Of a stretch of DNA of 64,000 nt, positions 52,054 to 61,983 are shown piece after piece. A model generated the notes under the pieces. It searched no databases, was not told where the DNA came from, and saw only the letters and a program-made list of their open reading frames with translations. The DNA lies in IMG/VR virus record IMGVR_UViG_3300028840_002431, positions 62,001-126,000 of that record; one strand, written 5' to 3'. Each line of letters opens with the position of its first letter. The first letter of the stretch is position 1. Position numbers and translations under genes: made by a program.

Positions 52054-52460
52054 CGCCGGTCGTAAGTGGGGGCCGTCGTGTGGGCCGACATCGTACGTCG
52101 CGCCCTCAGGTAGGTGCCAAGCTGATTCAAGGACGGTAACGGCATCTCTGGGGTCAGTTCCCCCGGCTCGATGAACACGAGCTTCTCAAAATCGCTTTTC
52201 AGCTTGGAAACAGGTACCTTGGCCACAGCCGCCTCCAAAACCGGTACCACGTTTTCGTCCAAGACAATCGGGTTGTTCCTGACCCACTCCAACGGGTACC
52301 AATCAAGGTTGTCTTTATCGAAGCGTCCGACCCAGTACCCGTCTGTCACGAGCCAATCACCACGACGGACCCTGGCCCGTTGACCCCCTTTTGGGCCAGT
52401 CAGGTTTTTGTCCCTCACCACAATATAAAAGCCTGAACGCATGTTTTTGGTTTTTGACAA
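52050..52460 (-). CDS. hypothetical protein
   Basis: 136-aa ORF ending TYDRR. Confidence 0.6.
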   Translation of the reverse strand: MSKTKNMRSGFYIVVRDKNLTGPKGGQRARVRRGDWLVTDGYWVGRFDKDNLDWYPLEWVRNNPIVLDENVVPVLEAAVAKVPVSKLKSDFEKLVFIEPGELTPEMPLPSLNQLGTYLRARRTMSAHTTAPTYDRR

Positions 52461-52487
52461 AAGGAATGTTTAGGTAGCTGGGGGTGT

Positions 52488-52874
52488 ATGTGTAAGCCCT
52501 ATATGGAAGACTTTTTCGAACTGGAAAGACGCGCCCGAGAGGCGGCCGACCAAAAAGTACAACCGCGACAAGCCGCCCTGAAAGTAGGCGACTTCTTCGT
52601 CCGTCAAGCCCACGGGTTGACGGTTTACAGCGAAGTTCTGGACGCAGCCGCCCTTATTCTTGACGGGCGTGCGGTCGAGGACCTCACCGAAGAAGAACGA
52701 GAAGAGTACGAGGGTGTGCGTGACTCGTACAAGGAGATGGAAAATTATCGCTTCACTCGCTCGTACAGCCGCGTCTGTCCCAAAGGTGAGCTAGGTGACG
52801 TTCACGTGTCCACGGTATCTCGTGTGATCTCGCGTGAAGAATTCCGTGCCGCTCAGAAAAACGAGTGGGCATAG
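52488..52874 (+). CDS. hypothetical protein
   Basis: 128-aa ORF. Confidence 0.65.
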   Translation: MCKPYMEDFFELERRAREAADQKVQPRQAALKVGDFFVRQAHGLTVYSEVLDAAALILDGRAVEDLTEEEREEYEGVRDSYKEMENYRFTRSYSRVCPKGELGDVHVSTVSRVISREEFRAAQKNEWA

Positions 52875-52905
52875 ATCAAATAAGTTCTTTTGCGAACACT
52901 AAGGC

Positions 52906-53241
52906 ATGTTAGTGGATCTCTCTAATTATCCATCGACGAAAAAAGGGGTTGAGGCTCTTGTACAAGACCTAACCCCTACCATCGCTGATCTATGGAAAAT
53001 AGAACGGGAAGATCACACGGATGATCTGGTAGCGATCATCGACGCCCACACCAATCGAGTTTCTCTGAAAGCGCGGACCGAAGTCCATAAGCAACTTAAG
53101 AAGTTTAATCCGAATGTAGACATCCTTAAGCGCATCGAGAAGCCCGCGTCGAAGCCGAACGGCACCGTGCGAATCTGGACCATCATTGGGTTCTCCAATG
53201 GTAAGGTTTGCGCCCTTCCGATGGTGTTAGCTCGAAGCTAG
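52906..53241 (+). CDS. hypothetical protein
   Basis: 111-aa ORF. Confidence 0.6.
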   Translation: MLVDLSNYPSTKKGVEALVQDLTPTIADLWKIEREDHTDDLVAIIDAHTNRVSLKARTEVHKQLKKFNPNVDILKRIEKPASKPNGTVRIWTIIGFSNGKVCALPMVLARS

Positions 53242-53832
53242 GACCGGTGGGCGTAGGCCCCATTCAGCACTAGGATGGTTTCGAATCACGTCCAAGTAAA
53301 ACTCGCGCCCCTCCTCGCACGGGATGATCCACGGACTGACATCAACCAACAGTGCGTGGTTGACGAGTAGCACCCGTCCGACCTTCCCGTTGTACAACTC
53401 GTAAGGATGTATGTTCTCGAACTCGCTGTGTAACGACCAGAGTTCGTTCACTTTCCAATTCAGGGTGACAGACTTCTTGGTTCGCAGAGCGTTGATCGTC
53501 CTTTGGACGGAACGATTCCAGGCCCACATACAATACGGAACATGCTGGGCCTCCAATATAGGGTTGAGTCCAATTTTGACATTACGCTTACGGAGCTTCT
53601 CAGCTAAAGGGTGGTCCCGCAATAACAGCCTGTGCGTGGCGTGCGGTAATGCGAACCGGCTCTCGGCCGCCATCCGGATAGCATAGATAACAGCCTCCCG
53701 GTGCCCGTCGTAAACGAGAGTCCCAGGCTCGCTTGGACCCGGTTGCGGATCAATCATATTCGACTCCACAATGAAGTCGTGGACCCAATCCTTGGTCAAC
53801 TCGGCCTGATAGAGTAGTTCTGACTCTTCCAC
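53227..53832 (-). CDS. Fic-domain protein (degenerate motif)
   Basis: IHPYELYNGKVGR versus HPFxxGNGRxxR, ESNMID. Confidence 0.82.
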   Translation of the reverse strand: MEESELLYQAELTKDWVHDFIVESNMIDPQPGPSEPGTLVYDGHREAVIYAIRMAAESRFALPHATHRLLLRDHPLAEKLRKRNVKIGLNPILEAQHVPYCMWAWNRSVQRTINALRTKKSVTLNWKVNELWSLHSEFENIHPYELYNGKVGRVLLVNHALLVDVSPWIIPCEEGREFYLDVIRNHPSAEWGLRPPVLASS

Positions 53833-53833
53833 A

Positions 53834-54127
53834 CTACCTCGGTTTTATAATCTTCCGTGGCGTTGTATCCCGTTTAGCCACTTGCATGAGGTGGCGAATC
53901 TCTCGTTCCTGGGTTTTTGTAGGCCCCCGGACAGTCAGTTGCGTAAGAGGTGTAGACCAGCCGTAATAACGTGCCTCTGACTTCAAACCCTCTTCCAGTA
54001 TCCATTGTAGATAGGTCTGGTACCCTATCTCGTGGTAGGCCGCGCCTTGTCGTAACGCTTTGAGCACGTCAGGCTTGAGCCTTATTTTAACGTGTACCCT
54101 GGAAGCCGGTTTACGTTTTGACGCCAT
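53834..54127 (-). CDS. BrnA/CopG-like ribbon-helix-helix protein
   Basis: VKIRLKPDVL..GYQTYLQWIL, GGTGTA-N9-ATG at 54127. Confidence 0.7.
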   Translation of the reverse strand: MASKRKPASRVHVKIRLKPDVLKALRQGAAYHEIGYQTYLQWILEEGLKSEARYYGWSTPLTQLTVRGPTKTQEREIRHLMQVAKRDTTPRKIIKPR

Positions 54128-54752
54128 GGACGACTCTACACCGCTGTTAGAAACAATGGAATACGGACAGCTTACTGTTGAAACCTTGGACGACGTGACC
54201 CCTCGATTGAGAGAGTTCACCGTCGATCTTATCAAGCGGCTCCGCGCCTGTGAAATCGATGTGGAGACAACGACAGTTTACCTATTAAACTCCACGGACC
54301 ATCCAATCGAAGTACCGTCCTCAGGGGACGGCGTTCCTATTGAGATGAATTTTGACGCGACGCTGCCGGTCTGGGCACCAGAACCCAGAGCGAGACTTCA
54401 AGCCAGTTTTAATCACGGGAGACGTTACTACTTCGTAGAACGGGGCAAGAAGGCCAGTAACGCCAAGTTCGCCATGGCCAGGGTGTTAAAACGCTTTCTC
54501 ACAGAGATCAAGATAGAGGAACGTAAGCGGCGACTGGCAGTAGAAAAAGAAGAGAAAGCCGTCCAAGCAGCGCAGCGTTTCAAGGTCATGGCGGAAGAGC
54601 TTGGAATCCCCATGGCCGGGGACCCACCCCAGATTAAGAAGGGGAACGTCCAGGTATCGTGCCAGCCTCAAAAATCGACCGAAGTGCGCCTCTCCATAAG
54701 TATTCCCCACGCCCAAGCCGTTGAAATCATTACTAAATACATGAAAGAATAG
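54126..54752 (+). CDS. hypothetical protein (start uncertain)
   Basis: Long ORF divergent from the RHH gene. Confidence 0.6.
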   Translation: MDDSTPLLETMEYGQLTVETLDDVTPRLREFTVDLIKRLRACEIDVETTTVYLLNSTDHPIEVPSSGDGVPIEMNFDATLPVWAPEPRARLQASFNHGRRYYFVERGKKASNAKFAMARVLKRFLTEIKIEERKRRLAVEKEEKAVQAAQRFKVMAEELGIPMAGDPPQIKKGNVQVSCQPQKSTEVRLSISIPHAQAVEIITKYMKE

Positions 54753-54821
54753 ATTCCGCCTTAGGTTAATTACCGCCGCTGTGTAATTCCGGGTAGGAGA
54801 GAAGTTTTATGTTGGAGGCTT

Positions 54822-55370
54822 ATGGCGGAAAAGAAAGCTGAACAGGTGGCCTTGTTGGACCTGGATGGTTCGCTGGCCGACTTCGACGCCCGCATGAAGG
54901 AGAAGCTGTTGGAGTTGCAATCGCCGGGTGAACCCACGGGTTCATCTGACTGGATAAGCGCCCGCAGAGATCTCATCAAACGACAACCTGGGTTCTGGAT
55001 GTCCCTGGCTCCCATTCCCTTCGGTATCAGCCTCTACCATCTGTTGGGAGAACTGGGCTACACCCGGATGATCCTGACAAAAGGTCCGAGAACCAACACG
55101 GGTGCGTGGGCCGAAAAAGTGGCGTGGTGTCTTGAGCATGTCCCCGAAGCCGACATCACGATCACTCAAGACAAGGGCCTTGTCTACGGCAAGGTGCTCT
55201 ACGATGACTGGGTGCCGTACATTACCCGGTGGTTAGAATGGCGTCCGAGAGGCAAGGTGCTCATGCTCGACGCGGCCCACAACAGCGAATTTGAACACCC
55301 AAACGTGCTGCGTTGCTATCGAGACCCCCTCGAAACACAACGAAGCGAGATCCTGGAGTTTCTGAGGTGA
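54822..55370 (+). CDS. HAD-family 5'(3')-deoxyribonucleotidase-like
   Basis: LDLDGSLADF, K..W, DK..LYDD. Confidence 0.85.
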   Translation: MAEKKAEQVALLDLDGSLADFDARMKEKLLELQSPGEPTGSSDWISARRDLIKRQPGFWMSLAPIPFGISLYHLLGELGYTRMILTKGPRTNTGAWAEKVAWCLEHVPEADITITQDKGLVYGKVLYDDWVPYITRWLEWRPRGKVLMLDAAHNSEFEHPNVLRCYRDPLETQRSEILEFLR

Positions 55371-55373
55371 GTT

Positions 55374-55736
55374 ATGAACGCAAACAAGGACCCCGCCGAA
55401 AGGCGCGAACACCAATTCCCGTTGGGATCGTTGGTCAAAGTCAAGGTGGATTTGACGCAACGGAATACGGACGACAACATCAAAATCAATCTCGTCGGGG
55501 ACTGCCAGCTATACATCGTCGGCCACCTCTTCGACAGTTCTGGTGAACCCTTCTACATGGTCTCCGACCTGCCTGTGGCCTACCCGGTGGACGAAGACTC
55601 TCAAAGCTGGTCCCGGCTAACATTCAGTTCCATGGCCACAGTCCTGGAGTATTTCTTCGAGGACGAGGTGGAACTTCTCGACAAGAAACCTCGTACCCTC
55701 TGTCCGACCTTGCACAACTGGCTCGAAAAGGAGTAA
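55374..55736 (+). CDS. hypothetical protein
   Basis: GAGGTG RBS. Confidence 0.65.
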   Translation: MNANKDPAERREHQFPLGSLVKVKVDLTQRNTDDNIKINLVGDCQLYIVGHLFDSSGEPFYMVSDLPVAYPVDEDSQSWSRLTFSSMATVLEYFFEDEVELLDKKPRTLCPTLHNWLEKE

Positions 55737-55739
55737 CAC

Positions 55740-56279
55740 ATGGGACTATCCGTTTACGTAAGAACCTATATCGCCGTGGAAGCGTCTCTGTCATCGTTTT
55801 TCACGGACACAGGGGAACGAACCGCCATCTGCACCCGGTACGAGTGTCACGAGGTCAGCGAGACCGCGAAGTTCTGCGAGCATTGCGGAGCAGCGGTAGG
55901 GCAAAAGGCCACAATGAAACCCACAGAAGCTTTCGCGGCTTTCTGTGAAAAGGCCGGGGCCACCCCAGAGAGCGCCTTCGAGCAACTGAAAGATGGTGAT
56001 TGGGAGTGGTCTAACGACGAGGGAGAGAGCCACCCGGTCGGCTGGTACGCCGTCAATCCGGTGGAAGATTCCGAGAGCCGGGGAGAACGGCTCATGGCTC
56101 TGGGTGTCCGACTGGTGAACCACAACTTGGACGGGTGGGTCCGCGAAGCCAGGGTAGACGAACTATCCTACACAGCCAGCGACCTCACGAAGCTCTCCAG
56201 GATCGTCCTCGAACTGATGTCCGAGTTAAGGATCGACGGCACACCCAAGCTATATGTCCAGGGCTATATGTCCTACTAA
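55740..56279 (+). CDS. hypothetical protein with zinc ribbon
   Basis: AGGAG RBS, KFCEHCG. Confidence 0.65.
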   Translation: MGLSVYVRTYIAVEASLSSFFTDTGERTAICTRYECHEVSETAKFCEHCGAAVGQKATMKPTEAFAAFCEKAGATPESAFEQLKDGDWEWSNDEGESHPVGWYAVNPVEDSESRGERLMALGVRLVNHNLDGWVREARVDELSYTASDLTKLSRIVLELMSELRIDGTPKLYVQGYMSY

Positions 56280-58423
56280 CCTTCTGGCACTACCTCTAGG
56301 TCGTCGGGCTGGACTCTACTGACCCGCCTCCGGTCGCCCTCCTCCTCTTGTATCGTCAGACCCTTACTGGAGTGGTGGACGACCTTCCACAAAGTACCGG
56401 CAGCGTACCCTTCTTCTCCGGTGGTGGCGATTGCTCGAACGAGTCTCACCCGCTTGCCGAGAAATTTCTCATGCTGCTTCCGGCGTTCATAAGCTAAACG
56501 ACCCGCCCATGTGCTGGTCTTTGGGGCTGGTTCCGGTGGCTCCGGTACCTTGCGGTTCCCAGCATGATACTCTTCGGCTTCCAGCAACCACGGTGCCCAT
56601 TGTAGATACTCAGCGCGGGTACGTGGGTCTTCAAAGAACCGCCGAAAATCTCCCGGTGTGTAGGCGTCTACGTTGAACACTTGATCCTGGTCGATGGTCG
56701 CCGTTGTCCGGAACTTCTTGCCGTAGTTGTCGTAGGTCGTACCATCCCGGTGCCACGCATACACACACCGTTTTTTACGAGGCTCGTACTTCGCGACTCG
56801 TTCAAGCATGGCGGGGCCTGGATTGCCGTACTGGTTCCGACGCTTCTCGCCATGCTCTTCGTCAGCGAGCCAAGCCCTATGCTGGCCCACAGTCACAGAC
56901 CCCGTTTTGAGGCTCGCGTTCACCCGCTTGTGATACGCCGCGAAGTCTGGCTTCTCGCCTCCAACCAGGGCGCGGCTCGCGTCATAGACAAACTCCAAGG
57001 CTTGGCTGGAACCACCACGGGACCAGATCTTCCACGGAGGGTGGGGGTGCAAGACGGGCGACCGATCCAACAAGCCCTGAATGATGATACCGATCCGGTT
57101 ATATTGCCGCATCTCGTCAGCGATTTTCTTTTGGATGTCGTCGTAGTAGATGTTGTCCGTCTCAAACGGCTCGTAGTTACGGCTGGGGTCGTCGGACCAG
57201 AAATGCGGAAGCCAAGGCTCCCTTTCGTCGAAGTCCTCGCCCGCTGCTTTGGCGGCTTTCTTGCGGTCCCTCCAAGCCTTGTGCTTAGCCTTATGTTCTC
57301 TCTTGGCTGTCTTGTGCTCGGCTTCTTTACGTTTGTGTTCCTCGATAAGCCCCTGATACTGGTCATCGGTAATAATCTGATCGACTCTGCCCGCAAAGGT
57401 CTTCGCCCAAAGTTTGGTTCCCGCAGTCAACCAGTGGTGGTTGGTGTCTGGGAACAGTTGCTCACCAAACTCCAACTGAGTGTTCATGCGGTAAATCTTC
57501 TCGCCGTTCCGAATGTAGAGAAAGGTTAGCCTGTCAGCTTCCATTTCCGCGACGGCTCTAAAGAAATCGATGTACGAGTGGATTTCCCGGTACTTATCGT
57601 GCCGTCGGACTCGGAACGCCACGATGCAACGAGGGAAGGGTAGGATACGGTCGCGGTGTTCGGGTTGGGCGAGCCAGGAATCGAAAGCACGAAGATCTTT
57701 AAACTCCATACCCCCGGCTTGGTACTCAACAAGACACTCCTCGTCCATGTAGCACCGACGCTGCATGAGCCTGATCTTCTCAGTCATCTTGGCAGGTTCG
57801 CCGTCAACGATCAGTTCTACCTCCTCGGTCAAACCCGCGTATAGTTCCACATTGAAGATGCGATTCTCGATGAGGTCGAGCGCCCCTTTCATTTGCTTGA
57901 CCTGGGCACGCATCGGAAGGGTCTCGGCTTTCATCCATTTTGCGAGACTCCTGTTGGCGTCTTCGATCTCCTTGAACAGTTCCGGGAGTTCCTGGTCCTT
58001 AGCCTTAATAAGAGCGGTCTTATAGGCACCCACGTCCACGTTGGTGTCGAGCTTGGCCAGGGCGTGTCCCTCAGACTCGCCCGAAGGCAAAGCGGCGGAG
58101 GAGCCAACCCCAAGGCGAGCAGTCAACGCTTCGACCTCTGCCATGAGACGGCGGACTTCTTCTTTCTGTCCGTGGATGTTTTGTTGAATCACCCGCGAAG
58201 CATCTGGTTCCAGGCGGCACTCGGAATGGAATTGATCCACATGGACACGCACGGTCGAGCCGTCGATGCTGGTGATCTCTGTGTAGTTAGATCCCAGATG
58301 TGTGACGCACCCTAACCACTCTTCATCGTCGTCTGTAACCCAATACCACTGGGCCAGTTTTGCGTCGTCGTCAACAACGGTCTCAGCCGTCGAAGAGTTA
58401 TCTATCTTCTTGAGTTTGGTCAC
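56276..58423 (-). CDS. large hypothetical coiled-coil protein
   Basis: 715-aa ORF, no motif recognised. Confidence 0.8.
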   Translation of the reverse strand: MTKLKKIDNSSTAETVVDDDAKLAQWYWVTDDDEEWLGCVTHLGSNYTEITSIDGSTVRVHVDQFHSECRLEPDASRVIQQNIHGQKEEVRRLMAEVEALTARLGVGSSAALPSGESEGHALAKLDTNVDVGAYKTALIKAKDQELPELFKEIEDANRSLAKWMKAETLPMRAQVKQMKGALDLIENRIFNVELYAGLTEEVELIVDGEPAKMTEKIRLMQRRCYMDEECLVEYQAGGMEFKDLRAFDSWLAQPEHRDRILPFPRCIVAFRVRRHDKYREIHSYIDFFRAVAEMEADRLTFLYIRNGEKIYRMNTQLEFGEQLFPDTNHHWLTAGTKLWAKTFAGRVDQIITDDQYQGLIEEHKRKEAEHKTAKREHKAKHKAWRDRKKAAKAAGEDFDEREPWLPHFWSDDPSRNYEPFETDNIYYDDIQKKIADEMRQYNRIGIIIQGLLDRSPVLHPHPPWKIWSRGGSSQALEFVYDASRALVGGEKPDFAAYHKRVNASLKTGSVTVGQHRAWLADEEHGEKRRNQYGNPGPAMLERVAKYEPRKKRCVYAWHRDGTTYDNYGKKFRTTATIDQDQVFNVDAYTPGDFRRFFEDPRTRAEYLQWAPWLLEAEEYHAGNRKVPEPPEPAPKTSTWAGRLAYERRKQHEKFLGKRVRLVRAIATTGEEGYAAGTLWKVVHHSSKGLTIQEEEGDRRRVSRVQPDDLEVVPEG

Positions 58424-58655
58424 GGGGGCTTACCTATACTACGCCAGAAGCCCCAGGAATCTAAGAAAAATATTTTCCCTTTAGATTACCAGGACTTCCG
58501 GTGTACTACCTGGGATTAACACACCTGACGACCGCAAACAATCCTGGAATCAGGTTGACTTCGCAGGAACAGACCGGGACTAATAGAACTCTCAAACCAC
58601 GGCTACTAGAACGCTCAAATTTATATAATCTATTCCCTGCGCCATTTTCGTCAAT

Positions 58656-58684
58656 TTGACTTTTTATATTATCTATGCTACACT
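58656..58684 (+). promoter_or_regulatory. strong sigma70 promoter
   Basis: TTGACT-N17-TACACT with extended TG, in an AT-rich intergenic region. Confidence 0.75.
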
Positions 58685-58729
58685 TAAAAATAATGGAAGA
58701 TCAGATCACACTCAAATCGGAGGAGAAAG

Positions 58730-60217
58730 ATGACGAGACCTACGTTTGATGTTTCTAAGAAGGGGCTGGCGAAGACACTGACCAGACGCCCTATCGAGTT
58801 CGTCGTTCTGGAGTTAATTCAGAACGCCCTCGATGAAGACTCGACCCGTGTAGAGGTCGGAGTACACCCGGTCCCCGACAAGCGTGGCCTTTATACATTA
58901 CACGTCGAGGACGACAACCCGGAAGGGTTCAAAGACTTGAGCCACGCATACACACTCTTCGCGGAGTCGCTCAAAGGTTCCAATCCGGACCAGCGCGGGC
59001 GCTACAATCTCGGAGAGAAACTGGTCATCGCCGTGTGCCAGTATTCTTACATCCGGACCACGACCGGGACCGTAGAGTTCAAGGACGACCAACGGTTCCA
59101 TCGCCGCGAGCGTACCGAGAAAGGTTCCATCTTCCACGGCGAGATTCGGTTAAAGAAGGATGACTTGGCTCGCATCGAAGAAGCCGTGCGCCAGACCATC
59201 ATGCCGCCCGGTATCGAAATCTGGTTCAACGGTCGGATGAACGACGAGTGGCGACCCGAGAAAACGTTCGAAGCCACGCTGGCCACCGAGAAGACCGACG
59301 AAGAAGGCTACCTACGCCGGACCCGTCGGAAGACCAAGATCGAGGTCTACGAAGCCGACGGCGAAGCCCAACTTTACGAGATGGGTATCCCGGTCGTGGC
59401 CATTGACTGTGCGTGGCACATCAACGTCTGCCAAAAGGTCCCCCTCAACGTGGACCGGGACAACGTGACGCCCGCCTACATGAGGGAACTCCTCGCTCTC
59501 GTGCTCAACGAGATGCACGAGGAACTGGACGAGGACAACGCCAGGAGCGCCTGGGTTGACGAAGCCCTGGAGACCGGAGACATCAACAACGACGCCGTGG
59601 ACGCCGTCCTCACCGCCCGCTACGGAGAGAAACGAGTCGTTGCCGACCCCAGCGACCCGGAAGGCACGAAGCTCGCGGTGTCCAAAGGCTACAGTGTCAT
59701 CCAAGCCGGGTCCTTCAACAAAGCCCAGTGGGAAAACATCCGACAGAGCGGGGCCGTGCTCCCGGCCGGGAAAGTGACCCCCAGCCCCAAAGCTTGGTCC
59801 GACGACCCGGACGCGAAGATGGCCGACTACATCCCCGAAGACAAATGGTCGCCGGGCATGAAGCGGGTGGCCGTCTACGCCCGGAGACTCGCCTACCTCC
59901 TCATGGACGAGTCGAGCCTGACGGTTTCCTACGTCAGGGTGCCCAACAACTGGTCCGCCTGTTACGGACCGGGCGAGCTTACCTTCAACCTCCGGTGGCG
60001 GAGTAAGCAGTGGTTCGAGGACGCCCACTTCCATATCGAGGATCTGGACAGCCTACTCATCCACGAGTTCGGACACCACTACAGTTCGGACCATCTGAGC
60101 AAGGCGTACCACCGGGCGCTGTGCGACCTGGGAGCCAAGCTCAAGTCGCTGGCCATGTCCGGCAAGCTCCGAGAGCCGGTAAAGAAGCTGAAGCCCAAGA
60201 AAGAGAAGGCTGCCTAA
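58730..60217 (+). CDS. GHKL ATPase with C-terminal HExxH domain
   Basis: ELIQNALD, VEDDNPEG, GRYNLGEK, LIHEFGHH. Confidence 0.82.
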   Translation: MTRPTFDVSKKGLAKTLTRRPIEFVVLELIQNALDEDSTRVEVGVHPVPDKRGLYTLHVEDDNPEGFKDLSHAYTLFAESLKGSNPDQRGRYNLGEKLVIAVCQYSYIRTTTGTVEFKDDQRFHRRERTEKGSIFHGEIRLKKDDLARIEEAVRQTIMPPGIEIWFNGRMNDEWRPEKTFEATLATEKTDEEGYLRRTRRKTKIEVYEADGEAQLYEMGIPVVAIDCAWHINVCQKVPLNVDRDNVTPAYMRELLALVLNEMHEELDEDNARSAWVDEALETGDINNDAVDAVLTARYGEKRVVADPSDPEGTKLAVSKGYSVIQAGSFNKAQWENIRQSGAVLPAGKVTPSPKAWSDDPDAKMADYIPEDKWSPGMKRVAVYARRLAYLLMDESSLTVSYVRVPNNWSACYGPGELTFNLRWRSKQWFEDAHFHIEDLDSLLIHEFGHHYSSDHLSKAYHRALCDLGAKLKSLAMSGKLREPVKKLKPKKEKAA

Positions 60218-60392
60218 GTACGATTGTAGATGCTCTCCAGCTTCTTGAGTTGCTTGGCGGTGAGGTTCTGCCCTCTTTGAAGACGCTCCTCGATATTAAT
60301 CACGAAGTCCTCTTCCCACTCATCCAATTCGAAGTCCTCGTCTAACCGGAGGCAATCGTTGATGGCTCCTATCATATCCAGCGGCGTAGCCA

Positions 60393-60614
60393 TCAGTTGC
60401 TCTCCCGGTCTGGGAGGTCGAACAACTTGGAGAGGTCCTTCGTTATGTCCGCTTCCGTGCGCCCGTAGGTGATGACAGCCTGACCGTCCATCCTGAACGG
60501 CTGTAGGTCGATAACGATCTGCTTGCCCTGCCTCAGGAGTTCGAGGTTGGTTTCGGACAGACCCAGGATAACGACCGGCTTGCCTTCGTTGTTAGTGACG
60601 CCCAGTTTGATCAT
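60393..60614 (-). CDS. small hypothetical protein
   Basis: GGAGG RBS before MIKLG. Confidence 0.6.
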   Translation of the reverse strand: MIKLGVTNNEGKPVVILGLSETNLELLRQGKQIVIDLQPFRMDGQAVITYGRTEADITKDLSKLFDLPDRESN

Positions 60615-60993
60615 GCGAGCCAACCCTCCTGAAACAATCCAGTGGGCCGAGCACAAGACTTTGCCCACACACCGGACACGGGTCCCCGACCACAAGCCCG
60701 TCGTGCTTGCCGTGCTCCGGGCAGAAGACCTGGAACACAGCTTCGACTCTACCCCAACCGGGGACGCCGTTGTGTTCCTGGGTACCAGCCAACCCGTTGA
60801 GGACGCCTAACAAGCCGACGCCGAACTTACCCCCATCGGCTGCTACCTGGATTGTCGGGTGCTCAGCCAAGGCTTTGTTGCACGGGACTCTTGCCTCCGT
60901 CAGAGCGTAGACGGCTGCCGGGTCTGACTCCAACGCGCTGTTCATCACCTCGACGATGCGATCCGCTATCAGTTCATCAAGTTCTTTTTCCAT
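60592..60993 (-). CDS. hypothetical protein
   Basis: GGTGTA-N9-ATG. Confidence 0.7.
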   Translation of the reverse strand: MEKELDELIADRIVEVMNSALESDPAAVYALTEARVPCNKALAEHPTIQVAADGGKFGVGLLGVLNGLAGTQEHNGVPGWGRVEAVFQVFCPEHGKHDGLVVGDPCPVCGQSLVLGPLDCFRRVGSHDQTGRH

Positions 60994-61012
60994 GGCCTAC
61001 CTTACACCACCG

Positions 61013-61690
61013 TCACCGCTTCTCGAACCGATACCCGAAATACGCAATATCTTTAGCGTATCTCTTTTCCACAATCTCTCTCCGCTTCTCATTGTAGTAT
61101 TTACTGTAGTGTTCGTGGTCGGTCTTTAGTGTATGAGGAAGCGCTGTCTGAGGCAGTCCCAGATCCCGGCACACGCAATCAAAGTCTTCTTGGAGCCGCT
61201 CAAATTGAATAAACCGAAAGGGTGCCTCCACGCCCGGCTGTGTCACGAAGTCCAACACAGGGTCCAGCAATAACCCTTTCCCGGTACCTTGCTTCGGGAA
61301 CTGAGCTTCCGGTCTTCCATCTCTAGTTTCTATAATCCGGAACCAGTGGTCCAAGGACACACGCTCGTACACCTGACTATAATAAAAGTATCCGGAAACG
61401 ACACGATCCCACGGGTTACGAGCGGTAGCAAAAAAATAGAACCGTTTTAACGCTTTCGGGTCAAAAAGACGGGCAAAGTAATCCAGCCTCGCGTGTTTAA
61501 TATCGTCGCCAGAGATACGGACACACACATTATCGTTGTCGAAGTGTGGGTACGACGTTATAACCCCATCGGCGTAGGGAGTCAGAGCAACCTCTATGGA
61601 GTTCCCACCGGTTTTGGCCGGGTGTATAAATATAAAGTTGTGCTTGTAGGAAATCACCCCGCGTGCCTGAATATCTGGAACAGTCCACAC
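61013..61690 (-). CDS. sulfotransferase family 2 protein
   Basis: FIFIHPAKTGGNSI, RNPWDRVVSGYFY, FERLQEDF, DIAYFGY. Confidence 0.9.
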   Translation of the reverse strand: MWTVPDIQARGVISYKHNFIFIHPAKTGGNSIEVALTPYADGVITSYPHFDNDNVCVRISGDDIKHARLDYFARLFDPKALKRFYFFATARNPWDRVVSGYFYYSQVYERVSLDHWFRIIETRDGRPEAQFPKQGTGKGLLLDPVLDFVTQPGVEAPFRFIQFERLQEDFDCVCRDLGLPQTALPHTLKTDHEHYSKYYNEKRREIVEKRYAKDIAYFGYRFEKR

Positions 61691-61947
61691 CCTACTTGCG
61701 TGTAATACACCTTAAGCTTCTCGCCCTTCCAGTCATAATACTTGTCGAACGGTTCGTAGCGGACTGTGTCAGCATATAACTCTCTTCCGATAACCTTGCC
61801 TTCTTCGTCTCTTTTGTCTTTCCATCTCGTGCGAACAAAGACCAGTTTGCCCGTAGTGTTGGTATAACCCTTCTTTCCAAAAGACCTGAACACATAGGTC
61901 TTTCCAGCCCGGAGATCCTTGTACTGTTTGACTGGTACCTTCTTCAC
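61654..61947 (-). CDS. hypothetical protein
   Basis: 97-aa ORF. Confidence 0.55.
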   Translation of the reverse strand: MKKVPVKQYKDLRAGKTYVFRSFGKKGYTNTTGKLVFVRTRWKDKRDEEGKVIGRELYADTVRYEPFDKYYDWKGEKLKVYYTQVGCGLFQIFRHAG

Positions 61948-61983
61948 ACGGCGTAATACACCTTTTTTGGCGATCCTAGAACA

